Shown here: positions 34,845-42,781 of the stretch, in pieces
Numbering within the stretch: the first letter of the stretch is position 1
Layout of the letters: every line of letters begins with the position of its first letter
Origin: a virus
Direction: 5' to 3' (one strand)
DNA: 64,000 bases
IMG/VR virus record: IMGVR_UViG_3300045988_180880
Coordinates: 1 to 64,000 of that record
Notes under the pieces: generated by a model
Seen by the model: the letters and a program-made list of their open reading frames with translations, nothing else
The model's database searches: none
Told to the model about the DNA's origin: nothing
Position numbers and translations under genes: made by a program

Positions 34845-35700
34845 TAATAAAAGATAGAAATATCTGATATTACCTAAAGACATAGTATATCTAATTTAAA
34901 AGATATATTATGTCTTTTATACTTTAGCGTTATACATAGATATAACTAGAACTTATAATACATACGAAAGGTGTGATGACGGAGTATTATAAGGAGAGAC
35001 TAGGAGTTGCTAACCTAGAAGTCGTCAGAACGACTTTATAAAATTCATCACCTTGATCTAACTTATAATTATGAAATATAATATAAGGACAGGTGGAAGT
35101 TGTTATACCACTTGAGTAGATATTTAAATAGTATTAAAATATCTTTTACAAGGATAAGTTCTGAGCGTAATTAAATAAGTATATTAAGTTACTATATTGA
35201 ATTATACTATTTATCAAAATAGAGAAAATACTTAATATAACTTAATAATTGATAAAGGTTGGACACATAACTTGGCAAGCACTAACAAATTATAATGTGC
35301 ATTTAGCTGAGTTTAACAAAATAAATTAAAATTAAATAAATTCCTTGTAATAGATGATATTATAAGGCCACGATATATTGAGATAAACCTGATAAAGGAT
35401 TATCAAGAGAAATATATCAAAGACATGTAGCCAAATATATGTGGTGAACTATGAAAATAATAAAGGACCTGTATAGTCTAGAGTTATTAGTAATAGGATG
35501 TGAATTTAGAGGGATTTAATATACAGTTAAATTATTATATATAACCTATGATAAATACCGATGAGGAAATTATAAAGATTATATATAATTCTAAGTTAGA
35601 AATCTTTAAGAGAGAAGCTTAGAGTAAAAACAACCATTTCTAAGTAAATTACTTAGAAAATAGAGACAAAAGAATATTAACAACAAAAAATTATAGAATT

Positions 35701-35826
35701 ATGAAAGCAGTTGTAAAAAACGTTGGAATTTTTGTAGCAGGAATAGCAGCAAAAGTAGTATTTGATTATGGTTATAAGAAAACTAAAAAATGTTTAAATA
35801 ACCGGAAAAACAAAAAAGCTGAATAA
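35701..35826 (+). CDS. small membrane protein (41 aa), paralogue of 35917..36153
   Basis: MKAVVKNVGIFVAGIAAKVVF...KKAE-stop. It shares its last codons and a 75-bp downstream repeat with the next gene. Below the ORF-track cut-off. Confidence 0.5.
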   Translation: MKAVVKNVGIFVAGIAAKVVFDYGYKKTKKCLNNRKNKKAE

Positions 35827-35892
35827 GCTAAAACAACCAGCCCGAGTTATGGATTAACTTGGGTTTAGAGACAATAATTAACAAAATTAATA
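35818..35892 (+). repeat. 75-bp direct repeat, copy 1 (gene end plus terminator hairpin plus spacer)
   Basis: Identical to 36145-36219. Contains the hairpin CCCGAGTT-N7-AACTTGGG (35841-35863). Confidence 0.85.
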
Positions 35893-35916
35893 ACTTAAAT
35901 AATAGGAGGAAAAATT

Positions 35917-36153
35917 ATGAAACTAATTAACTCAGCAGTAACGAAATTTGGTGCAACAAAAGTTGTAGCAGTAGCAGCTGGAGCAGGAATGGCATTAGGA
36001 GTAGCAACTACCTTAGGATGTCAAAAAGCCTATAAAAAACTCAAACCGAAAGGTCTTAGAGATGAGGATTTGGAAAAATTGGTAGAAGAAACCGTCAACC
36101 TAAAACCGGATGCAGAAAAAGAAAAACCTGCTGAAGAAGTAAAAGCTGAATAA
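35917..36153 (+). CDS. small membrane protein with a charged C-terminal tail
   Basis: KVVAVAAGAGMALGVATTLG helix. One of the few genes preceded by AGGAGG. Confidence 0.6.
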   Translation: MKLINSAVTKFGATKVVAVAAGAGMALGVATTLGCQKAYKKLKPKGLRDEDLEKLVEETVNLKPDAEKEKPAEEVKAE

Positions 36154-36219
36154 GCTAAAACAACCAGCCCGAGTTATGGATTAACTTGGGTTTAGAGACA
36201 ATAATTAACAAAATTAATA
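36145..36219 (+). repeat. 75-bp direct repeat, copy 2
   Basis: Identical to 35818-35892. Hairpin at 36168-36190. Confidence 0.85.
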
Positions 36220-36223
36220 TATT

Positions 36224-36412
36224 ATGAAAAAGATAACAGAAGTCATTATTTTTATGACAATGATATTAGCAGGAATTGCTTGGATATTAGGATTTGATAT
36301 AATTTATTCAATATCAGCAATAATTATGGGAACTACCGGAATTTATTATTGGTTTAGATATATGATTCCGGAACTATTTAACAGCAATGAAGAAGAATTC
36401 ATTGATGACTAA
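36224..36412 (+). CDS. small two-helix membrane protein with an acidic tail
   Basis: VIIFMTMILAGIAWILGF and ISAIIMGTTGIYYWF, ending NSNEEEFIDD. Confidence 0.6.
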   Translation: MKKITEVIIFMTMILAGIAWILGFDIIYSISAIIMGTTGIYYWFRYMIPELFNSNEEEFIDD

Positions 36413-36414
36413 CC

Positions 36415-36438
36415 GGAGGGATAACAAAATTTCCCTCC
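36415..36438 (+). terminator. hairpin terminator
   Basis: GGAGGG-N12-CCCTCC followed by ATTTTCATTTTT. Confidence 0.55.
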
Positions 36439-36443
36439 ATTTT

Positions 36444-36514
36444 CATTTTTGTAGTTAGGTGAATTCCTAACCTGATGAGATCACGAGGTTAAACTCAAGA
36501 TCGAAACAGAAATG
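36444..36514 (+). ncRNA. hammerhead self-cleaving ribozyme, type III topology
   Basis: CAUUUUUGU-A|GUUAGG-UGAAUU-CCUAAC-CUGAUGA-GAUC-N16-GAUC-GAA-ACAGAAAUG. All core nucleotides and three helices are present. Predicted cleavage after A36453. Confidence 0.9.
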
Positions 36515-36648
36515 GAAACTAAAGATTTCCTTTTGATTTTATATATCAAGAGACTATAACTAAACAAAAGGAAATTTACAAAGAAAAAAAAGAGGTCTTG
36601 ACTTTAATTAGTCAAGTTGATCCTCTTTTTATTTTTTTCTTCAGAATG

Positions 36649-37095
36649 CTAAGGAATTTGATTTTGTAGCATATAAAATTCATTTTTTAACATATCAATT
36701 CTACATTTGATATCAGCTATTTCACTTGCTATATCACGTAGTGGAGAATTACAGAAAAATTCTTGATTACTATTCCAATAAATATTATTTCCTGTAATAA
36801 CACTATTAATATTAGTTATAGCTGTTTCTATATTATGTAATCTTTGCATTAAATTAAAATCTCCAAAGATTCTTTTATCTATAGTAGATACTAATCTCTC
36901 TTCATTATTTACTATTATCTCAGGATTATCCATTATTTTCTCTAGATAACCTCGAAGATAATTAATAACTATATCTAAAATCTCATCCGATTGTGCAGAG
37001 GATAGAATTTTTTCAACTACAGCTTTTACTACAGAATCAGAAATTTTGATATCATTACTTAATTCAATATTTGTATTACTCGTTTTCATTGCCAT
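36649..37095 (-). CDS. hypothetical protein
   Basis: 148-aa ORF, last gene of the minus-strand block. Confidence 0.6.
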   Translation of the reverse strand: MAMKTSNTNIELSNDIKISDSVVKAVVEKILSSAQSDEILDIVINYLRGYLEKIMDNPEIIVNNEERLVSTIDKRIFGDFNLMQRLHNIETAITNINSVITGNNIYWNSNQEFFCNSPLRDIASEIADIKCRIDMLKNEFYMLQNQIP

Positions 37096-37537
37096 TTTTC
37101 AGTTCTTTTAAACAAGTTTTCTTAGATTCTAATTGAGCTTCAAGTAACTCTATTTCTCTTTTTAATGAAGCGATTCTTGTACTCTTAAGGGATTTATCTA
37201 GCGCCTCTATAAAAGAATCTTCAAATTGAGAAAATTTTAATTCCATATAGCAATGACAACTACCACCATAACCCCAATGATCTGTATACTCTAAACAAAT
37301 ACTTTTATCATTAATAGCATCCTCATTGTAATCATCATCTAACCAAAGACTTCCTCGAGTAGGATCATATTCATCATACCATGAATTAGTTAATCCATAT
37401 TTTCTATAAACTTCATAGATCTTATCAAATCTTTCCTTACATATCTCAACAATCTTAGGTTTAACTTCTTCTGATTGTTTCTTTGAATCTCCTAGAAAAA
37501 TACCTAAGAGATTAATTAATTCTTCTTTTCTATCCAT
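37076..37537 (-). CDS. hypothetical protein
   Basis: 153-aa ORF. Confidence 0.6.
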   Translation of the reverse strand: MDRKEELINLLGIFLGDSKKQSEEVKPKIVEICKERFDKIYEVYRKYGLTNSWYDEYDPTRGSLWLDDDYNEDAINDKSICLEYTDHWGYGGSCHCYMELKFSQFEDSFIEALDKSLKSTRIASLKREIELLEAQLESKKTCLKELKNGNENE

Positions 37538-37664
37538 AATTCATATATTTTATTTTACGGTAGCAGAACACAACTATCTACTACATCATTAAGAGTTTTA
37601 AGGGAAGAAAAATAAAAACTATACCTATTATTTTAAGTATAGTTTTATATAATAACTCTATTTA

Positions 37665-38120
37665 TTATTCTCTGTAACTATTATATCCATTTTCCCAAAG
37701 AATATCAGCTTCTTTAGGTATACCACAATCATCTGCAAATGAATAATATACTTTTCCAATAACCCCGTCTATTAATGGCCAAATAAAATCAATAATCTCT
37801 CTATCGGTTTTACCTGCATCGTTAAGTTCTTTCCATTTATCTCCTTTACCATATTCAGTATACATATCATACCACTCATAAACGAAATTAATAAGATTGA
37901 ATATCTCACTATTTCCGTATCCCCCACTATCCTCTTCTTTCTGATAAAATTCAACAGCACGAATTACATCTTCTTTAGAATTTATAATAATCACTTTATC
38001 AGTTATATTATTTTCATTTAGAAGATTTATTAATTTTTCTTCAATATCTAAGAAGAAAACTTGTGTACTCGAATTAGTAATTACATCTGAATAACTAGTG
38101 ATTAAACGTCTTTTGCTCAT
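37665..38120 (-). CDS. hypothetical protein, paralogue of 38552..39040
   Basis: N-terminus MSKRRLITSYSDVITNSSTQVFFL compared with MGKKKRIITSFSDVITNSSTEVFLI. Confidence 0.6.
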   Translation of the reverse strand: MSKRRLITSYSDVITNSSTQVFFLDIEEKLINLLNENNITDKVIIINSKEDVIRAVEFYQKEEDSGGYGNSEIFNLINFVYEWYDMYTEYGKGDKWKELNDAGKTDREIIDFIWPLIDGVIGKVYYSFADDCGIPKEADILWENGYNSYRE

Positions 38121-38571
38121 AATTTTTTATAATATATAGTAATTCTTCTGATAATGTTACTTTTGTCCCTAAGTTACGAATGAAAGTTGCTTTATTAATA
38201 TATTCCTTCGTTGTAATTATCTGATTGAACGTTAGTAATCTCAGGCGCCGTGATATAGTTCCAGCATTACTCTTAAATTCTTCTGGAGTAAGTGCAACTA
38301 TATCAATTATACTTTTGCATACCTTAGATAATGTTAGTTGTTTTAGGATAGGTTGTTTTATTTCGAATCTTAAACAAATAATATGATCTACAGCATAAAT
38401 ATTTTCTTCAGGGTTACCTCCAAATAGGTTCAAAAGTTCATTAGGGAGAGATAGTTTTACCTGACTCCCAAGTCTAAAACAACAAATAGAATATCGAGGG
38501 TTTCTTTCATCTGTATATACATAGAATTTATTTGTTGTTATTCCCGAAGTATCAGTCAAGACTCCATCCAT
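38095..38571 (-). CDS. hypothetical protein
   Basis: 158-aa ORF lying between the two paralogues. Confidence 0.55.
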   Translation of the reverse strand: MDGVLTDTSGITTNKFYVYTDERNPRYSICCFRLGSQVKLSLPNELLNLFGGNPEENIYAVDHIICLRFEIKQPILKQLTLSKVCKSIIDIVALTPEEFKSNAGTISRRLRLLTFNQIITTKEYINKATFIRNLGTKVTLSEELLYIIKNYEQKTFNH

Positions 38572-39040
38572 ATCTAAATCCTTTTGTTTCTAAGTTATCT
38601 AACTCATAAGAATAGTCTTTATCATCAGGATACAGTTCATAAAGTCTATTCATAATTTTTTGATTATGTTTAATATCAATATATACAATAGTTCCCTTTA
38701 ATCTCTCCATAATCTTTGGTTTAAACATTTCCCAAATATCATCTTCTTTATCAGGGAATTCATTGTTCATATCAAGGTATAAGTTAAATAGATTTCCTAG
38801 TAGAGGTTTTAAATCCCATATTGAATAATTATGATTAAATCCTTTCTTTCCTTGAAATCTAAAGAAATATTCAACATCTTCCTCAGTTTTTAGAACAAGG
38901 AAATCTTTTTGATATTTTTTATATATTCCAGTACCAATCATCTGTCTTAATGCATCTGGTCCTTGAATTAAAAATACTTCAGTGCTTGAATTTGTAATAA
39001 CATCTGAAAAACTAGTTATTATTCTTTTCTTTTTTCCCAT
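38552..39040 (-). CDS. hypothetical protein, paralogue of 37665..38120
   Basis: Shared N-terminal ITS(F/Y)SDVITNSST motif. Confidence 0.6.
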   Translation of the reverse strand: MGKKKRIITSFSDVITNSSTEVFLIQGPDALRQMIGTGIYKKYQKDFLVLKTEEDVEYFFRFQGKKGFNHNYSIWDLKPLLGNLFNLYLDMNNEFPDKEDDIWEMFKPKIMERLKGTIVYIDIKHNQKIMNRLYELYPDDKDYSYELDNLETKGFRYGWSLD

Positions 39041-39123
39041 AATTTACATAAATAAGAAAATGAGGGCAGCCATAATCTCACGACTTGCCACCCTCTGTCT
39101 TCAAATACTCTATATCTTTATTA

Positions 39124-40290
39124 TCAGAACATTAATCCACCTCGATATAAACTTGGATTACCTTTCTGTCTAATTATCTTAACTAATGTTTCGCCATCCC
39201 CATATATATCCTTAACTAGAATAAATCCGTCTTCATCAGGATCTTCAAGAATGGTTCCAATACTAAGTTCTTGATTTTTCCAGAGACTTGAGAATTGAGA
39301 TGTCATTCTAGTTTTCCAACCATCTAGGATATTACTACAATAATCCTCATTTGTCTTAGTATCTGAATCTTTATCTTCCATCTCACAATCTTTTCCAAGC
39401 CATTCTGGGAAATTAGCTCTTCCTGGACGAAGAATTTCCTTAATCCTTGTTACATCTTCCTCTGTTTCAACAGGGAATTTCATGATATCGAAAACATATT
39501 TAGCCAAAGGAATATTAAGGCAAGTATCTTCAGAAAGTTTTTCATGAATATTTACTTCATCAACAATCGAACCAAGAATATCAATAGTAGATATCTCAAG
39601 AAGATCGATTTTTTGAAGAATATTCTCTCTCTCTTCTGGAATTTTTAAATTATCGTCCAAATATTCGTTTATTGCTTTTTCTGACAAATTTCCGAATTGT
39701 TTGATATATCTAATTCTTCCAGGACGTCCAAGTAAATTCTCATTTACGTTAAGTGTATTTGTTGTTAGAATATATAATTTTCTTGATCTATTATATACCC
39801 CATCAATTAATTTTAGTAATACTTCATCACTCTCTCCTCGCTTAAATGTTTTCTCTGCTTCATCAATCAAAACAATACATTCAAAGTCGAGTTGTTGAAT
39901 AAAACTTACCATTCCCTCTATTTCATTATCAGGAATGATTATGACAGGAATGTCTAATCTATTACATAATAGTTTAGCACCAACACTTTTTCCTGTTCCT
40001 TTATATCCTGTGAAAATAACACCAAGATTCTTATTCCCTTCAACAAATTTATCTGATTCCCAAGTTTTTTGAATTATATCAAATAAATTATCACAACCTA
40101 CATCATATATTTTGTGATTAAATTCAAACTTTTCTGAGAGTTTTTTTAAACCGATTCTCTTATCTTGACCTTTTCCTTGATATAATTCAAAAATTCCTGA
40201 ACCTGGAGTTGGATAAAGTACTGTATTTCCATCAATCGGAAATAAAGTTCCACATTCATCAATCCATTTTTGTGCTACTAAATTTTTCAT
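39124..40290 (-). CDS. AAA+ ATPase (classic AAA clade)
   Basis: Walker A GYKGTGKS, Walker B CIVLIDEAE, sensor-1 ILTTNT, RPGRIRY. Confidence 0.8.
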   Translation of the reverse strand: MKNLVAQKWIDECGTLFPIDGNTVLYPTPGSGIFELYQGKGQDKRIGLKKLSEKFEFNHKIYDVGCDNLFDIIQKTWESDKFVEGNKNLGVIFTGYKGTGKSVGAKLLCNRLDIPVIIIPDNEIEGMVSFIQQLDFECIVLIDEAEKTFKRGESDEVLLKLIDGVYNRSRKLYILTTNTLNVNENLLGRPGRIRYIKQFGNLSEKAINEYLDDNLKIPEERENILQKIDLLEISTIDILGSIVDEVNIHEKLSEDTCLNIPLAKYVFDIMKFPVETEEDVTRIKEILRPGRANFPEWLGKDCEMEDKDSDTKTNEDYCSNILDGWKTRMTSQFSSLWKNQELSIGTILEDPDEDGFILVKDIYGDGETLVKIIRQKGNPSLYRGGLMF

Positions 40291-40313
40291 TTTTCTATTT
40301 GTTATATTTTATA

Positions 40314-40324
40314 CATTTATAAGA
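40314..40324 (-). promoter_or_regulatory. recurrent promoter-like motif (minus strand TCTTATAAATG, preceded by GCTTGAAAT)
   Basis: 23 nt upstream of ATG 40290. Overlaps the 3' end of the upstream CDS. Confidence 0.5.
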
Positions 40325-40751
40325 ATTTCAAGCTTTCAGAAGAATTTAGAATATTTATTACAGTTTTTGAATCTCCTACAATTAAATATGTATCTTTCTT
40401 TTTAATTATATCGACTATCGTTTTTAAAGATATTTCTAATGAATTAATCTTTTTCCAATTTTTATCACAAATAATAGGATCATAAGAAGTATTCCCTCGA
40501 TGTTTATCTTCGAGGTTAATAATTCCTAAACTTTCCATACGCTTCATAAGACATTTTAACCCTGTTTTCTTAAAATAATATTCAGGCTCAACTCCTAATT
40601 CTATAACCAATTTATTTTTCTTTCCAGGAACTATACTTGGATTCCTAGTATATTTCTTCGGAGTTAATTCTATTGTAGCAGAATATATAAGAACATGGTC
40701 GATATCAAAGAAATATACGCCCCATTCTCCTTTCTGTTCTAGGTTAATCAT
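40317..40751 (-). CDS. hypothetical protein, possible small HAD-like phosphatase
   Basis: FFDIDHV (DxDxV) near the N-terminus and LIVGDS near the C-terminus. Weak. Confidence 0.5.
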   Translation of the reverse strand: MINLEQKGEWGVYFFDIDHVLIYSATIELTPKKYTRNPSIVPGKKNKLVIELGVEPEYYFKKTGLKCLMKRMESLGIINLEDKHRGNTSYDPIICDKNWKKINSLEISLKTIVDIIKKKDTYLIVGDSKTVINILNSSESLKFL

Positions 40752-41674
40752 TAGAAATATATGTTAAGAAGTTGTCCAAGATCTATATAATCAATTCCTA
40801 CTTTTTCTGCTGCTAATATATCTCTATTACTTTGACCATATAAACCAGATTCAAGTCCAATTTGTATGGCTGAATTCTTATCAAATCCACGAGTCTTAGA
40901 AATTACAGCATCCATCATTCTATCTTTAGATTGTCCAAAATCATTCTGTACTAAGATTTGACAATGATCATACGGAACTCTTAGATATTCTGATAAAGCA
41001 CAAACAATATATTCTAACATTATTTTCCAAGAATCTGAACCATTACTACTTAAGATTAGATTTCTTGGAACCATAGCATAAACTTTATTTGGGTTAAAAC
41101 ATAAAATCTTATCCCAAACTTCAAAACGGAGTCTAATATCATAAATTCCACGTGGAAGAAGACCTGGTTTTCCATTACTCTGAAAAGTTTCTACTAGACA
41201 ATCTAAGACATCACAAAATATTACTTGTTTCTGTCGATCAATTTCTTTTCTTCCATTATTTGTATTACTACTTCCCCAGGATCCTCCAGTATTACCACTA
41301 CTACCCCAGCCAGAAGATCCACTCCAAGATCCTCCTGAGTTTCCCCAAGAATTTCCTCCTGCCGGTTTTGTTTGCCATGGATACTGTTGATTATTACTTC
41401 CTCCCCACGAAGATCCTCCTCCGTTATTGTTCCAAGATGGAGTTGATGGTTGACCCCAATTACCTCCACCTACACTTTGTCCAAATGGTGTCTGTTGCAT
41501 AATTTTTTCATTCAATTCTTTTTGACCTTTAACTACTTTTTCTATTCTCTCATCCTCCTCTGCTTCATCGATTTCATTGATATCATCATCGTCATCATCT
41601 CCTGAATCATATGGAGGTTCTTCCGAAGAGTAGTCAGGCTTTAGATATTCTTTAAATTTATTATCTTCTTCCAT
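40751..41674 (-). CDS. hypothetical protein with an acidic N-terminus, a Gly/Ser/Asn/Trp-rich low-complexity region and a C-terminal globular domain
   Basis: DDDDDINEIDEAEEDE, then about 70 aa of GGNWG/SSWGG/NSWGNSGGSWSGSSGWGSS repeats. The C-terminus is weakly HAD-like (ends ILAAEKVGIDYIDL). Confidence 0.6.
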   Translation of the reverse strand: MEEDNKFKEYLKPDYSSEEPPYDSGDDDDDDINEIDEAEEDERIEKVVKGQKELNEKIMQQTPFGQSVGGGNWGQPSTPSWNNNGGGSSWGGSNNQQYPWQTKPAGGNSWGNSGGSWSGSSGWGSSGNTGGSWGSSNTNNGRKEIDRQKQVIFCDVLDCLVETFQSNGKPGLLPRGIYDIRLRFEVWDKILCFNPNKVYAMVPRNLILSSNGSDSWKIMLEYIVCALSEYLRVPYDHCQILVQNDFGQSKDRMMDAVISKTRGFDKNSAIQIGLESGLYGQSNRDILAAEKVGIDYIDLGQLLNIYF

Positions 41675-41679
41675 AAGTT

Positions 41680-42054
41680 TTATAGTTTATGTTTATCACT
41701 TATAAGGATTTCCGGATTTAATAAAAGCTCATCAAGTTTAGCTAAATGAGACTTCTCCATATAAAGTCTCCATAATTCTGTTTTACGAGCTTCCTTAAAA
41801 CATTCTATAACTTTTTGAGCATCTAATTCTACGCTTCCGATAATCATATATCTATTATCATTTGTACATTTCGGTTCTATACCAAAACATCCTTCTCTAA
41901 TAAAAGCGTAGATAGTTTCATAAGATGGTCGTTTTAATATAACAGGAACAGTTATATTAATAGAAAGACCTGTACTTGTTGAAAGAATTAAAAATGTATC
42001 TCTAGTAGAATGTAATTTAAAATAATAATTCGATATAACAATATCTGCTATCAT
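41680..42054 (-). CDS. hypothetical protein, member 3 of a three-gene paralogue array downstream of rtcB
   Basis: KRPSYETIYAFIREGCFGI ... VELDAQKVIECFKEARK. Confidence 0.55.
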   Translation of the reverse strand: MIADIVISNYYFKLHSTRDTFLILSTSTGLSINITVPVILKRPSYETIYAFIREGCFGIEPKCTNDNRYMIIGSVELDAQKVIECFKEARKTELWRLYMEKSHLAKLDELLLNPEILISDKHKL

Positions 42055-42410
42055 AGGAAATATTCTTTTGAATTATTTATCATATCTTTTAATATAGTCA
42101 ATTGAGTGTCATCACCACCCCAAAATTTATCATTAAAAGCTTTCTTCATACCCTGAATTATCTTTTTATAATCTATTCCTTCTACTGTCCCTAAAACTTT
42201 AACAATTGATCTATTTGACATTTTTTCCGGTAACTCAAAATAAAACCTACCAAAACCAATAGATTCATATATATCTTTTCGTCTAGGTCTTTTAAGATAA
42301 TTATAGTGTTGATCATCAATACATATGTAAATATCTAAATTTTTCATAGTTCGAATTATTACTTCTCTTAATTCAATCATATCGTTTGTATCAACTATTA
42401 TCCCTGTCAT
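42051..42410 (-). CDS. hypothetical protein, member 2 of a three-gene paralogue array downstream of rtcB
   Basis: KRPRRKDIYESIGFGRFYF ... VEGIDYKKIIQGMKKAFN. Confidence 0.55.
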   Translation of the reverse strand: MTGIIVDTNDMIELREVIIRTMKNLDIYICIDDQHYNYLKRPRRKDIYESIGFGRFYFELPEKMSNRSIVKVLGTVEGIDYKKIIQGMKKAFNDKFWGGDDTQLTILKDMINNSKEYFL

Positions 42411-42781
42411 GTAAATTTTATATTATCTAAGTTTTTTACTAAATGTTTCAAATCATTCGCATAAGGACAATTTTTAGATCCTTGGATAAATGATTTTTTG
42501 AGTTCTTCTAGGTCAACACTAACTTCCTGAATGATTAAGCAATCGATCATATTTCTATATCGAAGATGTTCTAATAAAGAAGTATCATCACAAAATCGAA
42601 ATATACAAAATTTTCCAAGACAAGTTTTTACATAAATTTGTTTAGGAGTTATTCTCTTAGTCGCTAACCCATCTAAATTATATTCTAAAATAAAGTTCTC
42701 TCCAAGAATATTTCCACTAACAATTCCAATATCAGTTGATAATTCTTTTTGAAGTCTTCTGTAAAAACTAATCTTCACCAT
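42407..42781 (-). CDS. hypothetical protein, member 1 of a three-gene paralogue array downstream of rtcB
   Basis: KRITPKQIYVKTCLGKFCIF ... VSVDLEELKKSFIQGSKN. Confidence 0.55.
   Translation of the reverse strand: MVKISFYRRLQKELSTDIGIVSGNILGENFILEYNLDGLATKRITPKQIYVKTCLGKFCIFRFCDDTSLLEHLRYRNMIDCLIIQEVSVDLEELKKSFIQGSKNCPYANDLKHLVKNLDNIKFT

Noticed and set aside
41152-41502. Alternative-frame ORFs (41152..41502 on the plus strand and 41221..41469 on the minus strand) overlap the Trp/Gly/Ser-rich region.
   Set aside because: They are created by the repetitive GGN/AGT/TGG codon tract, which stays open in several frames. The long frame 40751..41674 continues into non-repetitive sequence on both sides.
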